Assembly: GCA_040954595.2 (NCBI GenBank)
Contig: CM082587.2
Location: forward strand, 10,855,403-10,919,402
Length of the DNA stretch: 64,000 nt
Origin: Balanoglossus misakiensis
Taxonomy: Eukaryota; Animalia; Hemichordata
Reading direction: 5' to 3'
Below, one piece after another: positions 37,405-49,633 of the stretch (position 1 is its first letter; each line of letters opens with the position of its first letter). Below the pieces are notes generated by a model. It had not been told where the DNA came from. It did no database searches and saw only the letters and a program-made list of their open reading frames with translations. The translations under genes and the position numbers were made by a program.

Positions 37405-39322
37405 CTGTACCAATTGAAGACGCCCTTGTATAGGAGAATTTAGCTATGTACTGACTGTCTTTTCATTTTTTCTTCATCCTATAGAATCTACCGACCTGGT
37501 CGCTGTCAATAACAATTCAACTCCTTAAACATCCTGTGTGTGTGAAGTCTATGAACACTGGCCATGCATTTCAATTCAAGGACAAAATGAATGCGCAATA
37601 TTTCGTTTTATCGAGAGTAATGTGCAGTGATTAAATTTGCTAGGGCTCTCTTAGCAGATTTGGAGTTAGTCATTTTGGTAGAAACTTTTCGAGATGGGAA
37701 ATCTTTGGTCATCTAACCAAGTTATTTGTATTTTTGTTATATAAGACAGAGTCATTTCTATATCATAGATGCAAGTTTAATTTATAACATGAATTTGAAT
37801 AAAATATTTTTTTTTAAATATCACCACATGAATTTGAATAAAATATTTTCATTAAATATCACCAGATTGAAATCTTTGGAAGTTTGCACTTAGAGGGATG
37901 GCATGGCAGTTTTCCACTGTTCATATTACAAAGAATTTGGCGTCACGTGTAGATTTCATGAGTGTTCGAGTGTTGCTCTTCCCAGCCTCGTACCCACAAT
38001 CCTCTGATACTTACACTTACGTCAGTTCTATAGCCGCCGACCCACTAGATTCTCCTTATGAATTGCCCAAATTATTTTTTGGTGTAGTTTTGATAGTTGG
38101 TGCACGGAAACTTTTGATCGATTCACGAAATTCAAAATATGTTACATCACAAACCTCATAAAATGGAGGCTAGAGTAGCCTGTTTGTTTTCAGGTAATTT
38201 TACAATTACCTCAATTACCTTTTTTCGAGGGAGGGGGTTAAGAAAACATACAGATTGAAATAACAAGGAAGTGGTATATCAAACCGAAACCTTATCTCAA
38301 TCGTGATTCTAGAGTGTTTCCATGTCATGTGACATCCACAAAAATGTGGTATAATCTTGAAAAGAGTCCCGATTTCCCAAACTGGTTTTGCGAATGTACT
38401 TCACTTTGGAGCAATGCATGAGTACATTCGTAGAAAGATATTGCTCCACTATTTACTGACACTCCTCTTGTACTGCAAATATTACTGCATTCTGTCAGGG
38501 CAAGACAAAAGACACAGCAGAACTGCCAGAATTAAAACAGACAACTGGCAATTTCAATAAAACATGTAATAACAAATATATGTAACATTGAATGAGGTGT
38601 CCATACAGCTTGGTCATTTAAAGACCTCCAGTCATTGTGACAATGCATAAATATTTATGTACACCCACAAGCGTTTTAGCCATAGCGGCAGGCCCTACTT
38701 AGTTGGAGGAAATAAATAACAAAGCAACAGCCATTTTCTTCACGTTCCATTGCGTGATATGGCGAGACTTTGCAAGATCAACATGTGCGCGCCCATGCGA
38801 ATGCATGGCCATCGGTGAAAAACATCACTGAATATAGCCGTTTCCGATATTTTTGCGAGTTCGTACTCGAGAAATATGCTTTTTTATCGCATAAACTGTA
38901 ATTTTTTGGAGTTTATATGGATCTTGCCGCGTGATTTGGAAGACATTTGGATCATGACGCAGGTACGTTTGCAATCTACATGTAAACAATGGCGAGTGAA
39001 CAGCATGGAATCCCGTTTTTGTGAACTGTAATTTACAGCTAAGATAACATCGAAAATCGAATTATATTTTAATCAAACCGATTTTTATGTGTTCGTTGTC
39101 GAATATTTTGTGTTTTGAGTGTGATGATTTTGTCGGGGTGTTTTTTCCTTGCTTTGGGTTTTTTTTTTTTTTTGAACGGCATGTGTTGTGTGGTTCGATG
39201 CTTCGATGACCCCTTAAGCTGACCGTGCCCATGGTTACTGTATTGTTTACGTGTACACTGGCGCCAAATTTGATCGAACTACGTTGTCGTCTGCACATTT
39301 GTCGGGTGCTGCAGCCAGTACG

Positions 39323-42300
39323 ATGACCGGGCGGAAATCTCTCGAGTTCCACAATAACATATTGCTGAATAGATGTCGGATTTGCAGCCGTAAATTTGCA
39401 GAGAAGCCATTTCTGTGCGCAAATATTGGAGACGCTTTAGGTGAATGTTTTGGAATAGATATTTCAACGGATGACCCTGGCATTCACCCAACCCATTTCT
39501 GTAGTAACTGCAAGCGGCTTATAACATCTATTACAAAGGCAAAAGAAACAGGTAAACAGTACAATCATGGGGTACAGTTAACTGGTTGGAAAAAACATCC
39601 GAGAATTGGTGAATGCAGTGTGTGTACTCTTTGCAAAAGTGGACGAAAGCGGAAAGCAGCAAAAAACCGGGGAAGACCTCCAATGACACAAACCAAAAAA
39701 CTTGATGGAGACCAAGGACATATACAATCAGAAAACATTATCCTTGCTGTACAGCAGAAAGCTGGCAAGAAGCTAAGGTCTGCATTAAACTTGTCAAGGT
39801 CACGCTTTTCCTCTGCGAGTCAAGATTTTGAATGTCCAGTTTGCCGAGATGTTGTTGACGAGCCAGTTCAACTTCTGTGTAGTGGGCCCCATGTTTTTTG
39901 TTCTACTTGTTTATGTAAGTGGTTTGAAGAATCAACCACATGCCCCATCTGTCGCCTACGTATTATGCCAGGTGATATTGTCAGTGTCCCATTAGTATTG
40001 TCAAATATGCTGTCGTCTCTAAATATTGTGTGTGACATTGCAAATGCTGGTTTTTCAGAAGTTGTGCCACTACAAGACCTTTGCTCTCACACAAATCAAT
40101 GTGCCTTCAAAACTATCGCCAAGGAACATAATTATGCCTCACCATGCCCCTTCAACATGCGTGTCAACAAGGGACAGGTCAGTATTGATAATCCCAGTCC
40201 CCAACAATCACAAATAAATGAAGAGATTGGCAAACCTGAAGTAACCCCTGTTCAAGCCGCTAAAACGTTACTGCAGACATCAGCCGATATCCACACTCTG
40301 CCAATGTTTGAACAACTCGCCACAACTATTGTCAAGAAGAAGCTGGAATTTGAATCAAGTGGTTTAATTAAATTCAAAACAGGTGGTCAAGTGAGTATAC
40401 TTCTTCCTTTATTCTTGTCTTAAAAATAATTCACCCTTGAGTATTTGCTTTTGATTTGACTAGGGGGAACAATTATTGATTTTGTTAGTTATAACCGTAC
40501 TGCTACATCAGTGTAATATAACTTAAATTGATGCGTAGACGATACTTGTAGAAACTTAAGATATTTTTTGTACTTGCAGCCAATTATGCTGTCCAAAATT
40601 CGGAAGCCAAGAAAGGAAAGTTCTGAGTGTTCAAAGCAAACTCTGGTCTTAAGATCAAAATGCTTATCTGAAGTGAGGCACCAAGTAAGCGGTGGTGGTA
40701 AATCAGCACACATTCAGACAGGAAATGAAATTCAAAGGATGAAGAAGGAGGAAAAAGAATCCCCGCTATCTTCTCTCGGCCTCAGTCCAGATATTCCACC
40801 TGGTGCTGGACTTCTCTTAAAGAGTGATGTTGGGGTCACCTGGTCAACCATGCGGAAAATAAGAAGGTAAGTTGTTAGGGCCCAAGCGCACACGTCCTTG
40901 TTATGTCATGAGATAATACACCCGATAGAAAATTCTGTTTCTTCTCATTCATACTGTGCATATATAATTCGAGATCAGCGCTTGGGCCCGACAATGCTGC
41001 TTGCAGCTTTAATTTCTATCTGTTCTTTATGCAATAATTGTCATGTTTTATTGATGTTTTAACAACAATATGATATATACCTATTAGCAATTACAATAGC
41101 TGTCTGAGATATTCTGCATGATTAACTAAAAATTATCACATTTTATTATAATCTCTATGCTTAAAGAATGAGGTTTTATGTTGTTAAATTTCAAACTTCT
41201 TAAACTGTCACCTAGCTGTGCTACATTAATCACTTAGGTCACTGATTGTAGGTTTCATCTAATATGAAGTTTCATTTCAAATGCAGATGGCTAAGAATGT
41301 GGAATATTCGACTTGAAGGAGAAAACAAAGACCGTGAGAGAATGAAGTCACTTGAGATTCAGCTCCAAATGAAGAACCTACCCTTCACATTTACAGTAAA
41401 TGGTACGGGTAGTGGTAAACTTAGTGAAATACGGCTGGCACCATGTGTAGCTGTATCTAATCTTGTTGAAACAGTAATAGGTAGACTTGATACCCTAGAC
41501 AGGTAAGATTTGTTTTGTTTTACTGCTATTGACTTTATAGATAGTTGATTGTGTGTTTCATAACTGGCTGGCTTTGTACAATAGCAGCTTGCCTTTTAAG
41601 ACTTGTATTTCTATCTCCTTATCACTGTGGTGAGTTTTCACAAATTTTTCTTGTTGAATAGGAAAACATGCATTAGCACACCTTAATTTTTTTTTTTTCA
41701 TTGTAATATGTAAGGTCACATGTATCGCCTGGAGGTACATCCTTGGTAAAGCTGCATGGTTTTGATTTAAGGGTTGAGCCAGTTTTTCTCTCTTTAGACT
41801 ACAGAAACTGACCTGGCATGATGGTCTTATTCCATCTTCTGAAGTCTGGGTAAAGGTTGGAGGTGACCATGGTGGTGGTTCCATGAAATGGGCATTTGAG
41901 ATAATGAATGTGGATCACCTCAACAGCATCAACAACACTGTGTGTTGGAGTGTTTTTGAAGCTCCGGATAAATTGACCAACCTAAACACTGCCATGAAGT
42001 TAAACAGTGGGCAAGTTGACTCACTAAATGGTCTAAGGTGGAAGTAAGCATTAATCATAGTACATGTATCTCTGTTAGCAAAAAGAGAGAGACTGACACA
42101 ACAGACAAATGGAACTGAAGGAAGACAGACACAAAGAGACTGAAATTAAAATAGAACACAATTGGATACACTGACAAACAGATCAAAGTGAAACAAAGAG
42201 ACGGGGGCAGAAAGAAAAGCCTGGGATGTAAAATGAGGGGACAGACAGATAGAAAATAAGGTAGAAAGGTAACATTGATACTCATTTGTTTTTATGTATT

Positions 42301-44960
42301 TATTTTTTGTCCACAGAGATGCACAAGTTCTTGTTTGGCTTGCAGGTGACTATGAATTTCTGGTGAAGATGTACGGATTGTCTGGTCCAAGTGGTATGTG
42401 CTGCATGCTGATTCTTTTGATTGTAACATGTTTCTAAATATTTCTATTAAAAAAATGACATGCAAATATTTAGAAACATGTTACAATCAAAAGAATCAGC
42501 ATGCAGCACATACCACTTGGACCAGACAATCCGTACATCTTCACCAGAAATTCATAGTCACCTGCAAGCCAAACAAGAACTTGTGCATCTCTGTGGACAA
42601 AAAATAAATACATAAAAACAAATGAGTATCAATGTTACCTTTCTACCTTATTTTCTATCTGTCTGTCCCCTCATTTTACATCCCAGGCTTTTTTCCTTGT
42701 TTCATCAACAGGACGATACTTTGCCTGTGGTGTCTGACCACAAAAGAGCAAGCAAAGCTACCACCAGAAGAGCGGCCGGATATTCCACCAAGAACACTAG
42801 AGTCAATCAGAGATGCACACAATAATTTTGTCAGTGCAGGGAAGGTCCTTACTCAAGCTAAAGAGTATTACAATTGCGTCAGGGATCAAATGTTTAGAAT
42901 TCCACTGTGTAGGGTATGTTCTTCATAGATGTATCAATTTCATTTTTCTCTATCTTCATTTCAGATAAAAACAAGAAGTCATAATTAATGTGTTATGCTT
43001 AATTTCTCTCATAGGTTTCGATTCCAGTTTTGCACATCTCCCTGGGCATATTTCAGAGGCTCTTTCGTCTCCTGCAGAATTCTTGTCATCTACTTGATGC
43101 CGAAATCTTCACTCGTTTAGTGGGGGCGGGGGAGGAAATAGATGTGCCAGTCATGAAACCTGCCCACTTTGATGAATATGTCAGTCACATTTCGAAGATA
43201 TCTCACCTCAATTCAGAGATTAATGAAATACATGTTGAGTATGATTTACTGACATCCCACATTGAAGCTGCCTTCACTGATACTAGTGATGATGATAGTG
43301 ATGATGAGGACTGGCCACCAACACTTGGACAAGTAAAACATATGGAACGTAAAAGAAAGAAACTCTCTGATATTGCAGACAAAAAGGTGAATGCATTATC
43401 ATATTTGGTACTGATTTATAAAAAAAAATGTGATTTGTCTTCTTTTCAGGTATAACATGACTAATTTTTCATTTGAATGTAATCATTGGGTGTGTTTAAC
43501 TTTTAGGCTGCAGAAATTGTAATATTGCAGAAAAGGCTTCCCCATCAAGCTGGATACTTGCATAGGGGACTTGAAGTAGCACTTGCTTCTATCAATGTCT
43601 ATTTGCAAGCCTACCATAGTCAGTCATTCATAGGCAATCATGTAAACCGATGCTGCAAGGTCTGTGTAAGAATAATTGTTATGGTTACTTAATTGCCATG
43701 CATGAAGTTGTTGAAGTTTGTTTGCCCTAATTGTGTAATAAATTGTACTGAAAGTTTATATATAGCCAAGTTCCCTTGGACATTTTATCTTTATTTTTCA
43801 TTTTTCTGTTAGTTTTTTTTATTTTTAGGTTGGATGTTTAACAATATTTTTCTAGTTGGTGAGTAACCGAAGGTTGAATTAAAAAATACATTAATCAAAT
43901 TTTAATTCACAGAACATTTATAACATTCTTTGATTTTAGTTAAATGTAAGTGTTTAGTATTTGATATAGTTAATCAGTTACAGTCTTGAAATACAGGCTT
44001 AATTCATAGTGAAAAAAACAAACATTATACTTGCCCTGTAAATGAAAAGATTAATGATTGGACTGCCTATTTTTCAGCCACAAAATGTGAATCTACTATG
44101 CAACAGTGTTGTAAATGTGACTGAGCAGGTATGCCCAGAGTTGCTCCCAAAAGCCCGGAAAATAGTACACAAACACCAACCACTGTTCACGGAGTTTGCA
44201 AACTGCCACAACAAGTATTCCCACAGCAGAAAATTGACACACATTGAAATTGAAGAATTGGGTAAGTACAGCATGCATGCAGGCACCCCCACCCCCTCTT
44301 CCACTTGCACACAGCAAGCAGGGAATAAGTCAGTCACCAAACTTGAGCCCACTGTCAAGTGTGAATCTCCCGGTATCAGGTGTGAACAAAAGTCAAGGTT
44401 CACCAACATGTATATATAGCTTGCGTAAAGTTACAATAAATCAGACTTGAATTTGGTATCAACACCACGCGCATCTCATCTCACTTCCCGGCCATTCGCC
44501 CCTCTCCACCACCCATACCTTTCCCAAAGTGTATGCCGTACAATACATAATGCTTATCATTTATGGCACATCACTATTGTAACATTGAATAACTAAATTA
44601 TAACTTTGAAGTAAAAAATATTGACATTTTCAAATATAATTTATTTCAGATACTGCCGTATCCAGGTTCATGAACCTGAATAGGACACATTTTCCAGAGG
44701 AAAGTGTGTTTCCAAAATTGCACATGCTTGAGTGTCACATAATGGAGAAGATCAGATTATTTAAACGAGGGCTAGGGTTCTTCGGCGAGCAGGGGATAGA
44801 GTCAATCCACCACGCCTTTAACCAGGCTTCAGTGAGCTATGCATGTATGCCTGGTGACCGCCTGAACAAACTTGAGCAACTAGTGAAAGACCACCATATT
44901 AGGACTAGCCCGACACATACAAAACCTGAAATCAAGTCAAGAGGCCCCTATAAAAAGTAA
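39323..44960 (+). CDS. 10-exon Chapaev-type transposase with RAG1-like N-terminal Zn domain, C3HC4 RING and DDE core; one frame discrepancy at the exon 5/6 junction
   Basis: GT-AG exons: 39323-40390, 40580-40866, 41287-41502, 41798-42043, 42317-42393, 42712-42913, 43015-43386, 43507-43659, 44078-44261, 44650-44960. Motifs: FHNNILLNRCRIC..IHPTHFCSNC..WKKHPRIGECSVC; RING CPVC..C..HVFCSTC..CPIC; KVGGDHGGGS (D1); AGDYEFL..GLSGPSG (D2); CLWC; PVLHISLG; QAYHSQSFIGNH; PKLHMLECH; GEQGIESIH (E). Confidence 0.9.
40875..41012 (-). mobile_element. Miniature HINE-like element in intron 2 of the Chapaev gene
   Basis: The reverse complement starts TTAAAGCTGCAAGCAGCATTGTCGGGCCCAAGC (as at 898) and ends GCGCTTGGGCCCTAA (as in the 6823-7692 units). 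Confidence 0.75.
42215..42692. repeat. Inverted duplication with 229-bp arms and a 20-bp loop, containing transposase exon 5
   Basis: 42215-42443 is the reverse complement of 42464-42692; no mismatch was seen by eye. Confidence 0.93.
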
Positions 44961-46804
44961 ATGTAAATGTGAATGTAAATAGATCACAATGCAAGATTTA
45001 AAGTATTTTTGTGATTGTTACCATGCCAATTTTGTACATATATATTTGATGTGTAAAATGTTAATAATAAAAACTCTTTAACCTGCATATTGCCTCTTGT
45101 GTGAATAATTGTGTGACTTTCAGATAATGTACCAAGTACTTGAAAATTTAGCGAGTAACTAGACTGAATGTACATGTTCCCCTCACTACTAGCCAACCTG
45201 TACCCGCCTTTACAACCAGAACAATGGTGTGTTAAGTTTGTGAACATAATAAAAGCAAACATTCAGGCCAGGTACGTGGTGATTGTAAATGATTGGCTTC
45301 AAATGGTCATTTTTATTCACTGTAAGATCAAAATAGAAATACAAATAATATAGTGTTCGATTACAGTGAAATTCATCGGTAGTCTATACATGAAAGTGCA
45401 TTTTAAGTGATGTTTAAATCATGCAAACAAGGCGCATATAATGCCCTCCCCATTACAGGGAATGCGCACAAAGGTAGTTGTTGAGGGCGCACTTACATAA
45501 ATGGCGGCCATTTTGAATCTAACTAAGTTACTATGGGGCAAACGCTTGTGCACCATGTTAAAAATTAGTTCAGGCATACCTTATACATGTATGTTTTTGA
45601 CTGACCATATCCTCAGCACGCCCTTTTTTTCAAAAAGACTATCATTATTCTCTGCCAGGTAGAGAGTTGCCGCTTTCTTGTTAACAATAATATACTATTA
45701 TAACATTGCATAGATTCCAGTTTGTTTCTGTCCATATCTCACAAACTGTGGTGTGCATACTGTTGAAATGACCTCAAGAAGAAAATGCCAAATGGAAAAA
45801 TATTTGACATACTAACCTGTATGATAATGTTATACAGTACATTATATTTAACGGTTCCAATCCAATGTTGAGAACTAAGAAAACTATTTGAGCAGAATTC
45901 ATTTAAAATTAATTGCAGTTCCGTTTCACCGCATTTCATAGGATGCTGGCTAAAATTCATAGTATGGTGGATTACCTGTTATGCATTTCTTTCCCTATTT
46001 CGTCTGGCAGATTTGAGTTTGACAAGCTGTCATTTTCCTTTCAGCTCCGCAAAATTGATGGATTTACTTTGACAGCACACAGACTGTCCATTTGTCATCG
46101 GAGATACAAGCAGCATCAGGTGCTGAACAGCTTGCAGCAGTGTTGGAAAAGAGTACACCACACTAACTTGCAAGAGTGCTTTGGCCCTTTCTTCACACTG
46201 TCCGAAACTTGTTGTGTTACATCATTGCTTAATGAATAAGAAATACACAGGTATTTAGCGTTCCATTCAATACCTACAATAGATAAAAGGGTGTCGGTCT
46301 GTATGCGACAATCTTCAATGTTCTTATGAGCACAAGGCTTTATTCAGGGAACGTTTTACAGTAAGAATTATATGATATAAACTGAATAAGTTTGTTGTCT
46401 GTCAACTCTTCTGTCTTTGTCTTACCGATACGGTTCTAACCGCGAACACTGAGGCTTCTCTGCTCGTACACAGTATAAATCAATGGATGATAAAATGCGC
46501 CCTCTTTTGGTGAACTCTTCCTACCGCCCGACCTTCTACCTTACATTAAGGCATGTAGGGCGGTCAGGTAGATGGCAGTGTATTGCAAGCGTCTCTTGCA
46601 TATTTTTTTCCGCCAGGAATGGCATACATTCGTTTTTGGCGACACCACAACTGCTGGAACTTCTCGAAAAATTGAGAGCCGGATTTCATAAATGCTCATG
46701 TTTTCCGAAGGGCTGAAAGAAGATCCAGAGTGGAATATTTAAATTTGCCTGTGGCAGACATCATAGTGGCTGCCAGTTATTCTATTTCTTGAGCAAGAGA
46801 TAGT

Positions 46805-46946
46805 ATCTTGTTCCAGCGAGATGTTTTCTCGTGTGCACGAGAAACATGCTATCTCGTGCATATCTCGTGCGCACGAGAAAATTGCGAGCGCACTCGTGTT
46901 CACGAGAAAATATCACATGCACACGTAAGTCGTGCGCACGAGATAA
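46805..46946. repeat. Cluster of short palindromic subrepeats (TCTCGTGCGCACGAGA-like), probably a transposon subterminal remnant
   Basis: About 5 degenerate copies of CTCGTGYGCACGAGA. Confidence 0.6.
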
Positions 46947-47885
46947 AAAAATGTGCCCTGTAGTCTTTCTTAGGACATGATAGCGTGACGTCGCATTGTA
47001 ATTAACGGACGATCTTGGAAATTCGGCTATTAATGGTGAATGGACTTTCGCCTCCTTCGAACAACAACAGAGACTGACGTCGCAACAATGACAGAAAAAG
47101 TGAAGCAAATGGCCGACAAAACGAAGAGAATCGGAAAACGGGCAGGATCCTCGGCACAGACATCTGGGAATAATACCACCACATCAAATAGAACGACGAG
47201 TAGTGCAGGACAAACCGCCACCAGTGACTATGACAACAAGTCTGAAGGCGATGCTGGCGAACCCTTGCACAATAGAACTACAGTCCTACAGAGAAATGCA
47301 GCCCAGCGCCACTCAAGATTTTCCATTCCTGGTCTGGCAGCAGCCAAAATATGTTGTTGTTTTTTCTCTTAGAAGCGACCTCAGTCTGAGCTGCATGAGA
47401 ATAAACTGTAGGTTGGGAATACTTGGAATTTAGCGAGCTCAACAAAAAAAACACGCAGTCGCTGAGGTCAACACGTAGCTATTAGTTTCGGTTTTATGTT
47501 CGCTACAGCTCGGAAACCAAAATGTGGTACAACTTCAAGCTACATAAACTGGAAAGCATAGTACGTGCAGAGCAGACCATAGTGACGCAAGCAGGTATTC
47601 TAGGTCGTAAGATAAAAACACGGCGCTAGAAAAACAGTCATCAAAAGTTGCACGTGTTCCCCGGCCACAAATAATGTAATTGTTGGCGCACAGAAAGTCC
47701 AGTCGATAAACGTTTACGCTATAGAAACTCACTCTCTCAGCAAAAGTCTGACACCCTCGTCAATGACAAAACGCAAACCGAGCTGGGTATGATCAAGTCA
47801 AACATAGGGCAAATCCCCACTCTGTGTTTTATTATTTTCCACATACGATGGTTCTAAATAAAACTGTACCTATTTGAAATGCTTA

Positions 47886-48688
47886 GGCTGCATTCACAAA
47901 CACCTCTGGAGGGGGGGGGGTGAGAATTCAATTTTTTTTACCGTTAATTTTCACATGCCCCCCTACACAACCCGAAATATTTTCAAATACCCCCCTTCCG
48001 AACTGCTAAAAATTTGAAATCCCCCCCCCCATTTTCTTTCACACAGCGAAACACATCACCTATCTATCTAATATCTTGTAAAAAAGAAAAACAGCGCTCC
48101 CATGAAAATAATTTGAAATTGATGTTTCCTCTCATCAGTGGGTATTAAAACTGAACATTGTTTTTAATTTTTAAGAATGTGTATTCTGTGTTGGGAGACA
48201 TTGTAAACCGAGAATTGAAGGGGGTGGGTTTGGGAGGGGGTGTCCCCCTCCCACGTAAGAAAATTTTATAAAATACAGAGCTCAAAGCTGCATTTAAATG
48301 AACCCGGCAAAAGCAAATTAACTCAACGACCAGTATGTTAGGGAGGACAAATTTAACCGTCGGGGCTCAAAGTTATCATGGGCTGGGGGCAAGTCCCCTG
48401 ACCTGGGACACTAGATAAACCAGTCAAAGATTGAAAGGTGTCGATGAATGTAGGGGGTGGGTGTGGGAGGGGGTGTCCCCCTCCCACATTAGAAAATTTT
48501 GTAAAATAAAGGGCGCGAAACTGCATTTTTGTGGACTCAAAATAAATATTTAGTCGTCAAAGTTTTCAAGTCCCCCCCTTTCAGTCCCTAAATTATTTCA
48601 AATCCCCCCCTTACATACCCTCAATTTTTTCAAATCCCCCCCTCAATTCTCCTGCCCCCCCCCTCCAGAGGTGTTTGTGAATGTAGCC
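47886..48688. mobile_element. PIF/Harbinger-like MITE
   Basis: TIRs GGCTGCATTCACAAACACCTCTGGAGGGGG and CCCCCTCCAGAGGTGTTTGTGAATGTAGCC, with a TTA TSD. Internal motifs are shared with the MITE at 23157. Confidence 0.85.
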
Positions 48689-49633
48689 TTACCGAGGTAA
48701 GATCATTGAAAGTTTTCAAACGTTGATGACAAATGTATAACTGATTTTTTACAAATGAATAATCGCGCACTTGCATGTTATTTTCTCTATACCAGACACC
48801 GCGCGCGCGCCGTTGGCAAAAAAAAACCGCGGAAAATTATTGAGCATGCGCAGTCGATACTTCACATTGTAAACAAGATGGCGTCGCTGCCTATGCTTCT
48901 GGACCGCTGTCGCCCGACTATGTCGGCAAAGAAGAGACGAATTTAACCATGCAACGCCATATCGGAAGATAGAATGATCGCGAGATGAAACCGGGCTATC
49001 CAACGATTAGGCAGCCATGTTGACTGATTGGTATGTCGCCGAAGTAATTATTTGCCATTGATTTGTTTACCAGAAACGGTTTGCCTTTGGAACACATTTG
49101 GCCTCACCGAAATTGATTTCAGAGGTTTTTTCCCAAAAACTAATGACGTTCGTTTTCACCTGAGTGCGAGGATGGATTGAAGGGACACAAGCTTTTGTAG
49201 CCACCAATATTTTGACACTCTTTATATCAATGTTGAGCTGGCATATTTGCTCCAATATGATGTAGTGTACCTGTTGCATTGAAATGAAGCTGTAATAATA
49301 CTACAGTGCAATCTAGTCCTTTGGGTTAATAGGAAAACGAGGTCAATAAATGACAGGTTTATTTAAATACAGGATATATTTATCACAAGCACTTATGCAT
49401 ATGTATGAGATACTTATTTATTTTTAATTTATTTTTTATTTTTAATTGATTTTGTACGTTCAGGTAATCATATGGATTTGTATGGAATCACATACACATT
49501 AATTGAAGACTATCATATCACAGAAGTCGAGCCGCCAGATGTGTAAGGTAACCATTTAGGTTTCATGACTAAGTTTGTTTAAGAATTCATAAAGCTACCC
49601 AATGAATGAATTTCCTTAAAATGTCACAAATGT

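Larger units (their letters stand above)
38666..45550 (+). mobile_element. Complete Chapaev (CMC; N-RAG-TP-like) DNA transposon, 6885 bp
   Basis: Termini CACAAGCGTTT..CCATAG and CTATGG..AAACGCTTGTG form a 20-bp imperfect TIR. Perfect 4-bp TSD CACC at 38662-38665 and 45551-45554. It encloses the transposase gene. Confidence 0.92.

Noticed and set aside
39251-44960. True RAG1 or a RAG1L-RAG2L (ProtoRAG) transposon
   Set aside because: The core motifs are Chapaev-type rather than RAG1/Transib (no CDG/FDG-type first Asp motif). The TSD is 4 bp rather than 5 bp. Only ~590 bp lie between the stop codon and the right TIR, leaving no room for a RAG2-like kelch/PHD gene.
47040-47372. Ser/Thr-rich 110-aa ORF
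   Set aside because: Low complexity, no recognisable domain and no supported exon chain; it may be a TE fragment.
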